Source of the DNA: Phoronis australis
Taxonomy: Eukaryota; Animalia; Phoronida
Reading direction: 5' to 3'
Length of the DNA: 64,000 bases
Assembly (NCBI GenBank): GCA_002633005.1
Contig: NMRA01000380.1
Span: 124,001 to 188,000, forward strand
Made by a program: the position numbers and the translations under genes. The notes under the pieces are model-generated. The model worked only from the letters and a program-made list of their open reading frames with translations. It had not been told where the DNA came from and did no database searches. Shown piece by piece: positions 49,810 to 61,030 of the stretch. The stretch's first letter is position 1, and every line of letters starts with the position of its first letter.

Positions 49810-51759
49810 AGGAGAATGCCACCCGATTTATCGTCATAATCGGTCTATGTCCACATGACCTCGTATACGATCGATCTTACCTCGTCGAGAGGTGTCGCGT
49901 TAACCTGTGAGGAAGGTGAGAAACCACGCAGCGACGTCAGTGGTTCTCCGGCAGAGTGAGTGCTGCTTTGGTGTGGTGATCGTTCCCACTTGTGCGAACT
50001 GTGAAGCTGCGAGGAAAGCGGGTGTATCGTTTTTTCGATTTCCTCGAGAGCCCATAATGCTTCGGAAGTGGCTCGCGGTAGTGAAGAATGAAAAGTACGC
50101 CGTTAATACCAAGTATGAGGCCGTGAATCTTCTCCGTTTCTGTCAGTGGCATGCATTTCGTCGTATGGGTTGTTGATCAGTTTTTGATTATGCATGGAGA
50201 ATTGTAGTTGGCCATGAAAACATAAACAATTACAATTAATTCAAGGCGTGAGAACATAACGTTTTATATAACCTGTTTGATGACTGACTCGTTTGTGAGG
50301 CTTCTGTTTGGTCCTCTGGGTGTAAGATGTTTTCGCCAGTTCTTTTTCTCAGCCCTAGTTAAACGTCGTAAGTACACCTTTTTAGATGCGGTGCAAAATT
50401 AGGATGGTCCGTGAGACACATCTGCCCTTCTCCAAGAAGGCGTTTCACTTGCGGAATTTCGTGGCATCAAACGCAAGCGTCAGTCGCTAACTGACACCAT
50501 GACAATTGTCATTCAAACGGTTTTCGGAACTATCCATATTTGTTTCGTTGTCTGTGCACGTTCACGGAGCCCGTCTTTTATTTCGTGACTAGTGTATTCC
50601 TGCGAAACCTAACGATCGACCAGTGAAGTCTTCCTCGAACGAGCACTCGTCTAAGTCGGGATTGTGATTGCCACGTTGACGTTTATATTGTGCGTTCTGT
50701 TTCAAAATGAATTATTCTCACTCTAACCAATGCTTATATAAAACTGAAACAAAGTCTGTCTCATTAGATACAATTTGTAATGTCTTGGAGTGTTCGTGAG
50801 CACAAATGTTTTGAGAAGCCAGCAATGAATAAACCACTGTGTTACCGGCTTTTGATGCAATAAACTAATTGACTGGGCACCGACTGAGGACGTGTGCATA
50901 AGCGCATACTACATGTAATTCAGTGTTTGCTGAAAGAAAGCGGTTGTGAAACAATAACTCGATTTTATGTCCTATGGTCAGATGTTAGGGGAATCTTTAT
51001 TTAGATATTCATATACATTATTCGAATCATTGTAACTGTACAACTTTTGCCCTGACGGTTCTGTGCAAGGGCCACCTGACTTCGCGGCCCCCGACGAGCT
51101 AGTAAGGAGATTTGCAGTTTCGTGGCTAATTCACCGAAACAATCACGTGCACATTTTTTCTGTGGCTCACTAGTATAGTCTTTTCGTGACTGGAAGTTTT
51201 GTTTCCAACTTTGGCTGGTTTATGTTCGTGATGTCTTCAGTCCGGCCGCGATGGGCCTGATCGGGTTCCGAGCCACTGGCCGGGATAGCAAACGTTTTGT
51301 GTGTTTACAACTGAAAAAATCCAAAATTACAACAGGAAGGTGTGTTCTCCTGTCTGTGTTTCACGGAGGAATAATTTGAGTTATCCCAAACTCCCACGAC
51401 CGAGCTTGGTAAATTGGCCTACAGAGCTTTGTATGATACGGTACGTTCAAATACCTAAAACTCCGGAACAGCGAAATAAAATAACACATTTGTTCAATAA
51501 CTCGATGCATTTGTAAGGGTTATGCATCGAATGAATTTTGATTGGTGTAAAACGATGAATTCAAGCGATTGAGCTAACGCCAGTAAGCGTGTTGTGAACT
51601 GCTGAACAGACTGCATTCAAGCCTCTGACGTCATTGGTTAATTTTAACACCTCCGTCTGCCGTCAGGTGTCAGGTAAAAGAGCTGTACTTGCTTTTATCG
51701 ACTGTAACTACTCGATCTAAATTGATACAAAATAGGTTGTTTTGGGGTGGCATTCTCCT
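49810..51759 (+). mobile_element. Kolobok-like non-autonomous element, copy B (best-preserved THAP)
   Basis: TTAA|AGGAGAATGCCACCC...GGGTGGCATTCTCCT|TTAA; THAP motif IVPTC...VSFFRFP...RKW...FCQWHAF at about 49960-50160, with RRKYTFLDAV downstream. Confidence 0.87.
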
Positions 51760-51909
51760 TTAAGAGTTCCAGATTTGCTGCCTTTAGTGCTTTTGAAACC
51801 ACATGTTCTGAACACATCCAACCTCGTTTGAATTAAATTTAAAGATTTTGAGAATGGCAGTTCTGCGCTAAGTCAATGGAAAGTGTTTTCGTTATGATAG
51901 ATATTATGG

Positions 51910-52620
51910 TAAGGACTGCAAAGATTCAAAAAATTTGAAACGATTCGATTCATTTTTTTTCACGATTCGAATTTTAGGATTCGATTAATCAAAAATTAAA
52001 ATAAGTCATAAATCTCTTAACTCTATTCATGCATATCTGAACCTCCTTCCACCAATACAATAAACAGGGAGAGGAATACATGGTTACATCAGTGTCAGTG
52101 AGTCAAACATGACGAGCGTCGAAGAAAAATAAAAAGCGAATGAAGTCAACTATTTAAGTCAAAAATATGAGCTCCAGTGAGACCAGCCTTAACTTAAGGT
52201 TGCAGTCACGTTCCTTTTTGGAAATCATTTGCACTCCGAAAACCAAAATATTTCCAGACTTTTGAATTTGTTTTTTCGGCAAGTCAAAAATTTTGACGTC
52301 TGCCATGTTGTGGTGACGCCTGTGAAACACCGCCAATGATTGCACAAAATAAAATTCGTTTAGCAAATGAAAACGGTCGTTTTGTTCCTCTCGAGGGACA
52401 TAGACAACAGAGATCGTAACGCTGTCATGTAAATATGACAGCTTGTTCGCAAATAACAAGTGAGTGATTTCAACAAAAAATCGAAAAACAGGTCTGTGAT
52501 AGTTACTTTCATATGACAAGCAAATACAATAATCGAATCGTCATGGTCTACGAATCGGTACTCGAATCGTGGCCACAAAATCGCAATTACATTATCGAGT
52601 CGAAATCGTTGCAACTCCCA
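51910..52620. mobile_element. hAT-like non-autonomous element
   Basis: GGACTGCAAAGATT...AATCGTTGCAACTCC ends with CGATTCGA/AATCG subterminal repeats in mirror orientation. Confidence 0.55.
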
Positions 52621-53999
52621 ACTGTGGTGTGTTTGTGGCGTATCTTATTAGGATTAGCTACGATTAGATATCTAGTGCCATTTGTAGAATCAGCTGTTAG
52701 TCCAGTTGTGATCAAAACTTTTCCTTTTTAGACATATATAGTTATTGTCCAATCCACCACAAATGTGAATTAAACTCAGTTGCTGTAATTTCACAGGTGA
52801 GCTTTATCATCGGCCTCCACCATGTTTAGGTAGACACCAAAAACAATACGGAACATTGGTTGTCATTTTTATCAAAGTGTTCCCGTTCCCTTGGAGGTCA
52901 GGTGGCTATTGAATGCAATGCATTTTAAGGTTGTTTTGTGTAGCCCACGTTACGGTGCATTGATTAGAAATAGTTCATTCATTTCAATCAGTCATTTATT
53001 CATCAACTCATCTGTGCAGATGTCCAGTTTGAAGCAGATAGCATAATTATTGTATCTGCATCTGCCATGTACAGTGTGGTCTGTACCGCTGTTCTCAGTC
53101 ACTGTATTCCAGATTCCAGTGTTCCCCAACTGGGGTCCTCTGTGGCTGGTTGCATGAAACATTCCCAAATAGGCAAATGCACCACAATTTTGTAGAAAGA
53201 CTGTCATAGGCTACAAATACGCCACAGAGCGTAAATTTGATAAATCCTACTTTCATACATTGTGCATTAGATTCGTAATAATAGGGGATCACTAAACCTG
53301 GGGTAATAAAGTGTGCCCTAAACCGACTGAATTTAGCCAGGATTTGCTGCGATATGAGTGAGGGTGAGTTGGGTTTCGGGCGCGGCTTTGATCCGGGAAG
53401 GCCCGGCCAGGAGCGTTGGGGGGCCCTGTAGCATGCGATGCTCGGGGTGGGAGCCACTGCAGGTCCTCCAGGTATGTTTGTGCCTGCACTGTTGGTAGTT
53501 AAGGCATAGCAGTGTCCGGTATGTGAGTGTGGTATGGTGTCAGTAGAGGTGCCTGCGTAATATGTACAGCAACCACAACTCCGGCTCTATCGTCGACCAG
53601 GGTGTGACTGGGTTGCGAGCTTTGCGGGAGCGATACTGCTCATCATGAGGTATCCAACCTGTCCTCGTGTGCTGTGCCTCGAAGTCGATCGTCGTGCCTG
53701 CACTCCGGAGGGGGGGTGAGGTTCAATGAATATGGAGGTACAGTCCGGGAATGGCATCGGCCCATTTCTCATTGGTTGTGACTACCTGTCTCCCCCATCC
53801 CCTCCCACTCCTCTACCAGGGTCACGGCCCCCACGCGGGTGGTGGTGTGGACAGGATTGTTCATCCATGAATAACCCTGCCCATGAGGCACATACTGAGC
53901 CACAACACCACGTTCCTTACATTTTTATCACTCCGGCTGGTCTGCTCACTCGATCAGCTTTTGTCCGGAACCTGCTTTGCAGGTTGTTAAAGCCCAGTT

Positions 54000-54205
54000 G
54001 GCTGTTTGGTGTACCCACTTGGTACTTTATATGATATTTGCCCATTTGGCAATTTGTACCCAATTGGTACTTGTTATTGAATTTGCTGTTTTGCTCGACC
54101 CACTTGGTAGGCAATCGGCCAATACCCATTTGGTATTATGTACCCATTTGGTACTATGCTAACCTGTGCCACTTGGTATCCGATACTCAATTACACCTTG
54201 GGTAT
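54000..54205. repeat. TACCCA(C/T)TTGGTA repeat cluster, probably a DNA transposon end
   Basis: About 7 dispersed copies of a 12-13-mer with irregular spacing. Confidence 0.6.
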
Positions 54206-55192
54206 CGTAAATGTGTGTGTTATCGCTTGTGTTTAAGGAACCCATATAGTTCCTTCTGTGAAATATTTATTTGGAGAGCTGTGACCCCGAAAATCCCAAT
54301 ACAACTTAAGATATATATTGTTGTTGTTTTATTTGACCCCAATAATGACATTTTCTAATGATATAACTAAAAAGTGAGCTCAGAGTTAACATAATTAAAA
54401 ACTGAGCCCAGAGTTCATTGAAAGTATATAGTGACTCAGTCCTTAAATTAGGGGTGTTGCATGAAAAGGTCCCTAATTGTCTAATTACTTTCGAAAATAT
54501 TGACAATTCAATGTAGAGATCACTTTCGATTTGCATCAAAGTCAAAAGTTTACTTAGTAATGAAACTAAAACAATGCAAGAAAGGGCAATCTATGTTTTG
54601 CACAAGTCTAAAAATACGCAGTAGATTTACGGAACTTAATTGTGTCCCTATTTGGGACTGTTTTATATTTGGTTTCAATGTGTTTGTTTAAAACTTGAAC
54701 AGTGGTGTTTTAACCAATGTTAAATGTGTAAGTCATTAATATTTTTAACCACTCATCTCCATGAGTACAAACGTATTTTGCAGCTTGGAAGTGATCTTTG
54801 CTTTGTGTTTAACTACATGTATTTCCTACTTCATGCTTGTAAAAGAACACCAGTGGTCTTCAAGCTACAGTCAGTTCCATGAATCAACTTTAGGGGATCA
54901 ATATTAAGTGCATGTCATAGATCTGTAGCAGCAAGTCTCTACCTTTTTGAAGGTCAATGTGTCATATTCACTGATGATAAAGGATTTTTAACGTTAAGTG
55001 TATGTATTCAATAGCCTACAGTGGAAATTGGTGGTAAAAAACCCAGTTGCATGTCCATCGTAACTCCAGAATTTAGTTCTTAGTTTCTGCAGCTCATTCT
55101 ATGTTTACATACTAAAGTCCACTGCCAGTCTTCTCTGCAACAATATATTTAAATGTCCCATAACTGTATATTTTCGGCACTATGGACTGTAC

Positions 55193-55212
55193 CCTCTCTC
55201 TCTCTCTCGCTC

Positions 55213-55250
<38 letters not shown>
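55193..55250. repeat. (CT)n microsatellite abutting an assembly gap
   Basis: Direct reading. Confidence 0.95.
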
Positions 55251-55949
55251 NNNNNNNNNNNNNNNNNNNNNNNNNNNNNNNNNNNNNNNNNNNNNNNNNN
55301 NNNNNNNNNNNNNNNNNNNNNNNNNNNNNNNNNNNNNNNNNNNNNNNNNNNNNNNNNNNNNNNNNNNNNNNNNNNNNNNNNNNNNNNNNNNNNNNNNNNN
55401 NNNNNNNNNNNNNNNNNCGGTGTACATAAGCACAATGCCTGTTTGTTGACGTACCCATCGATCTCTTGCAGTAATTGATTATGTGGTGTAGTAAACGTGA
55501 TTAAATCCTCACAAATTCTCAACTGCTTTCAATGTTAAAACTCTTTTTCAACCCACAGGCAGAGTTTTTGCAAGAAAGCGCCGGCCATTTTCTATGAGAC
55601 CCTAAAGTCGTGACGGTGTCGCCCTCTTTCTTGTAGACGGGAAAACAGAAGAAGGCTAATCAAAATTTGTGATATTTGTAAACAACAAGTTTAGATAAGA
55701 AAGAAGACATTTCTCAGTTGTTAATTATCCAGTTTTAATTAGACCATGAAGTAAAATGAAGTAACCAGCAATAAACTACCTTTTGGCCTATCTGTTTTAA
55801 TAAATAAATAGCTCACTAGATATTTAATAAACAAAATATGAAATGTTTTAAGTGAGATTTAAATTTAAAACTACAACAATCATTAAACTGATTAAGTTTC
55901 AACATCTTAAAGACAGCCGATCCTAGTTATCACTCGTTACTCTTGGAGA

Positions 55950-58600
55950 TGGCTTTGACGGCATGGCACGCTATGCCAGGGGCAGCAAAAATCTGTCGTG
56001 TCGCCTTAGTGCTGTCACATCACAGCAAAACATTAAATGAGTCCTTGGCTAAAGTCTTGGAATTCCCATTTTCCCTAATTATCGATATCACTAAAGACGC
56101 GCATTGGCGTAGTTGCTGTGGTGACCAATTGTTACAGACCCAGCAACTGTCCTCATACCCTGCATCCGAGTCCTCACCGCTGTCACTTTCGAACTGTGAA
56201 GCGTGTAATGACTGTAAAATAGAATGCCACCCGATTTGATTAGTTTTTTTTTTTTTGCCCTCCTAATCGATCTATATCCACATCGCCTCGCATACGGTCG
56301 ACCTTACCTTGCCAAGAGGTGTCGCGTTAACCTGTGAGGAAGATGAGAAACGACGCTAGCGACGTCAGTGGTTCATATGCAGAGTGAATTCCGCTATGTT
56401 GCGGTGCATCGTTCTCTCTTGTTCGAACTAAGCAGCTGCGAGGGAAGCGGGTATATCGTTTTTTTTTTTACTTCCTCGAGAGTCCGAAGTGCTTAGGAAG
56501 TGGCTCATGATAGTGAAGAATGAAATGTACGCTGTAAATAGCAAGTATGAGGCCGTGAAACATCTCCGTGTCTGTGGCCTGCAGACGTCGACAGTGCCTG
56601 ACGTATGCTGGCTTACCAAATAACTCCATACGTTCCGTTGTCTGAGCTTGTTCACGGCGCCTCTCTAGTATTCCTTCATCACTGTATTCTTGTTCGAATT
56701 GATAGCCTGTAAAACTTAACGATCCACCTGCGAAGTCGGGACTGATGAGCTCTAGCTCATCCTAAGTCGGGAATGCGAGTTGCCATGTTGGCGTTTATTA
56801 CTGAGCGTTCTGTTTCAAACTGAATTATTCTCACCCTAACCAATACTTATGTAAAACTGAAACAAAGTCTGTCTCATTAGATGCAAATTGTAATACCTTT
56901 GGAGTGTTCGTGAGTGCAAATGATTTGAGAAGCCAGCAACTAAATAAACCACTGCGTTACCGGCTTTAGGTGAAATAAAACTAATTCACGGGACATCTAG
57001 GCCGTGTGAGCTCATGCTACTTTAGTGTTTGCTGGCAGAAACTGTTGTGAAACAACTCGATCTCCATCCCACGGCCAGGTGTTAGGGGCATCTTTATCTA
57101 CTTTTACATTCCTCAAATAATGATTGTCAATGTACCACTTCTGCCCTGACCTTGCTGTGGCCAAAGCGGAACCTGAATTTGCGGCCCCCGACGAGTAAGT
57201 ATATTTGCAGTTTCGTGGCTAATTCACCAACATAATCAGGTGCACATTACTTTGGCTCACTTGCAAAGTATTTTCTTGACTGGAAGTTTAGTTTCCACTG
57301 AACTTTGGCTAATTTATGTTCGTGGTGTCCGATCAGTTTCCGAGCCACTGGCGGGGATAACGAGTCAATCCGGCCGGCCGCGACGGGCCTGATCGGGCTC
57401 CGAGCCACTGGCCAGGCTAACAAGCGTTTTGTGTTTAGAAAAAATCAAAAGTCTAAACAACACATATCTCCTGTCTGTATCTCACGGAAAATACTTCGAA
57501 ATTATCTCCGAACAGACCCCAAACTCCTGCTACGGACCTTATTGGCCTGCCGAACTTTGTAGGCTACGGTATGTCCAAATACCAATAAATCCGTAAGAAC
57601 GGAATAAAACAACACGTTTTTATGAAAACTCGGTGTATTTTTAAGGGTTTTACATCGAAGTTTGATGATTTATTGGTGTTAAGCGATGACTTCAAGCGAT
57701 AAGCTGACACCAGTAACCCGTGTTGTGAACTGCTGAACAGACTGCGTGTGAAACCGATGACGTCATTGGATAATTTCAACACTTCCGTCTGCCGTCACGT
57801 GTCAGGTAACGCAACCGTACGTGTCGTTATGGAGTTGAACCACTCGATCTAAATTGATGCAAATTAGGTTGTTTTTGGGTGGCATGCTCCTTTAATCCTG
57901 GTGGACTTTGTTCATTATCATTTCGTGGTTTCTCAACTTGAATTTTGTTGCTGTTATCCTCTCCACACGCCTTTGTAATCACCTTTGATTTTTATCACCT
58001 GTTTCTTTTTCGTCACTTGTGCATTTTTGTCACATATGACGTCTTTATCACCTGTGCTTTTGTTGAGTTCTTTTTTTTTCAGCATTTCTACATTCTCTGT
58101 CAGCCCCTTACAAAACAAACTTGGAGAACTGTTTGAACGGACTTGGTCACTTGGCAATGGCGTCGTCGCTCCTGTACACCCCTTCAACCGTTTACTGAAA
58201 AAATCATTTTCATCCTCATTTCCATCAGTAGTCGTCAAGAATGATGTGTATGGGGTGATCCTTTCATGGGGCACAACGGTGTTGTCAAACGGGTATATTC
58301 CGGACTTCCGGGAAGCCGAATGATTTCAAGGAGACAGCACTTTCACGTAGGCTTTGCTTGCCATGGAACACAGATCAAAGCGTGTAATTCCAGCCCTTGT
58401 ACCTTTCATCGTTTTGTGGCACAAATTGCTATACACTGCTTCCAGTGGTCCATAACACTCAACATCAAGTGGTTGTAGTATGTGTGATGTGTGAGCTGGC
58501 AGAGTTAGAATTGCAATGTTGTGGTTCTTCGCCCATTCTACTACAGTTATGGCCGTGTGTGAATTTTGGCCATCAAGTAACAATAGGACTGGCTCCTGCA
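55950..58600 (-). mobile_element. pogo/Tigger-like DDE_1 transposase pseudogene with C-terminal PHD-like finger, split by Kolobok copy C
   Basis: PVLLLLDGQNSH...LPAHTSHILQPLDVECYGPL...KSGIYPFD (58270-58600); acidic stretch + CWVCNNWSP...HLMFC on the far side of the insertion (55960-56215). Confidence 0.82.
56218..57891 (+). mobile_element. Kolobok-like non-autonomous element, copy C
   Basis: Degenerate left end GTAA|AATAGAATGCCACCC; right end GGGTGGCATGCTCCT|TTAA; closely similar to copy A. Confidence 0.85.
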
Positions 58601-60679
58601 ATAACGCGCACCTGTGCTTGATTTTGCTGCCCGGACACAGGCCGGCGAAGTAATGCCCTTGCAGTTGCCGTGATTCTTCGCCTGGAAAATAATCACTTGC
58701 TAAATTGGCTTTGATTTTCATTTTATAGGGAAAATACATGTATATTTTAAAAGGTAATATATAACTCTGTTGTCTAAATATAAAATTCGGCACGGTAAAC
58801 GGAGGGAGTGTAGTGAGTTTTAGTCAATGAGATGAATATCAGCGATGGTAAAATATTGCAATGTTAGGAGCATGACGCAGTATTTTTATCTCTTTGTCAC
58901 AAGAATTTCACTCATTCAATGCCCAGGTAGCTAATTAATGTTTTTATCTTGCCCCGCGGAGCACAGATGTCAGCGCACGACAAGCCAGGCGGTCCGCCGG
59001 CTCCGCCGGGTAGCAGCTTATACGAATGTTTTTGGCTAAGTGGGAATTATTCCTTTTAACTTAAACTCATTAATACTTATATTATACCATTTGGCACCAT
59101 GGCAAGTTTTCGCCACTAAATGGTATTCTGTTGTTCATTGTTATTTGTTGGCAGTCAGCCGCGCGGCCCTATCGAAGTCGCGGGAGACCACCGCCGGTAT
59201 CTCAGTTTCCGTCTGAATTTATTTTCTATATTTTTGCAAGTTTAATACTCAGAATATTCTGACTATATAACAGTTTTATTCAATTATTTTGTTCGTTGTT
59301 TTGTTTATACTGTTTGTTTACCAGAGTTAAATACACCCAGTAAAACACACTTAGCCTTGCTCGCCGTTGTAGTCGGCCTTGTCATTCAATCGTTGGCACA
59401 GGACTGTCTACTCAGTACTTACACTGTACATGTACATGCAAGTTTCTGAAACTATCTTTGTATGTATGTATACGGCATTTATGATTTGAGCCATTTATTC
59501 CGATAAAACAGCCGGGGATAGCATGCCTTCGTCTTCCGGCTTGTCAAAATTTATTTTGCCACATTTTGTCAGCAATTTCAGTACAAATTGTCCCTGTTTT
59601 GGTTTTATTAAAGTTCAGGTCCGCTGTCGATTGTTTTATCCCCGTTTGCAGGCTGGTAACAAACACTGCTCCAGTCGCACAGCCGGTGTTCATAAGCCTG
59701 GGTCCCTGAATGAATTGTAGTTCCGGTTTCGCGGTTAAATCAAATGGGGTTCTGTTCTTCGGGTCGGAATCGTGAGTGGCGCGATTATTTAAACTTTCTT
59801 GGACTACGGATTGTGTATTGGTTATAGGATAGGTACTGCATGGTTCATTATAACTTCTTCTAGCCATTTGATAAGGGCTAAAAGGTGTGCTACTAGGACT
59901 TTAAAGGTAAAATATTCAACTGTGCCCCAATTTTCACAATCAATTTCCCCTCTCAGAGAACATCCTGAATTGTTTATCTGCCATTCTGCTTAAGAAAGTG
60001 CCTCCTACAATTACGCCTCTGAGCTCGCTTTTACTAGTGATTGTATGGAAGAGAATGAACGAGATCGTGGACATAATGCTAAAACAATTCTGGAGCTGTG
60101 GTCATATTAGTCAATTAAAACAAACTCCTACATTCAATTAATGTACCTAAATAAAAGTGTAGCGTGATTTTTTTATTTTTGATGTGGCGTCATTTTGTAC
60201 GATAGCCAGGAAAGGTCATTTTACGCTTATTACTTCAATAGGGTACTTTCACAAACTAATCCGCGACGTGGCGCTGCGACCAGGCCATAATGGTCGTTCT
60301 CTAGTCATGACTCACCGACTGACATATCCCTATGCCGATCGTGGCCGCTCGAACAGCTGAACGGTAAACTAGTGTTTTGTTGCAAGTCCAAGCATTTCTA
60401 AATACCTTTGACACCTTATACGTTTTGTACAATAATTAAAATGCAATTTTTGCAAGAAATCTCAGTCCGTTTGCTGTAGTGATAGAACTCTAGGCCTGGA
60501 ATGCCGCTGAGGTTGTGCCGCGCATGAGTGGCATTTGCTTGCATTTGTTTGTTCCGAAGTTGGTTATTGGTGTGGAATTGACTGTAACTAAAATTTTTCT
60601 CAACTCTGCTGTTTTGTAACGAAATGAACAAGAGTCATGTCACTAGAAAGCCCTTCATCAGTTATTGATGGTGTGTGAT

Positions 60680-61030
60680 TAGAACACAAGGAAAAGCATA
60701 ATAATTATCATTTCGCATACCTGACAAGTAAAATGGAAATGAACCAGAGAGGTTATAAAATGACTAATTAAACCAGCAAGGAACCTATCGTTTATCTATG
60801 AAATGTTCTGTGGATATATCAGGTTTGCAGTGTAAGGCTTTACACTGTAGTTTATGAAGAAACTCATTTTTACAGAAAGTAAAATAAACTAATCCTGATA
60901 CGTGCAGTGTGTTATCAGTAAACAAGAGACTTTGGAACACATGTTTACGATTGGTGTGTTATTTGAAAAGTGGACTGTGGAAAATATCAATGTTCATGAC
61001 AAAGTTATTTTGAACACCTGTTACATAGTT
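60680..61030 (+). mobile_element. L1/Tx1-like C-terminal zinc-knuckle (zf-RVT) remnant
   Basis: LQCKALH...NSFLQKVK...DTCSV...ETLEHMF. Confidence 0.55.

Noticed and set aside
54000-54205. Spaced 12-13-bp repeats as a CRISPR-like array
   Set aside because: Repeats are too short and degenerate and the spacing is irregular; typical of transposon subterminal motifs.
56735-56770. Hammerhead ribozyme (CTGATGA core; also 23500 and 42055)
   Set aside because: No stem II followed by GAAA at any site checked.
49810-57891. Copies B and C as long terminal direct repeats of one composite (KolobokP-like) element
   Set aside because: B and C are diverged, C is closer to A, C interrupts a pogo element, and no transposase lies between them.
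59520-59990. ORF 59544-59867 as a gene
   Set aside because: No splice or domain support; at most a faint CR1/L2 3'-end remnant.
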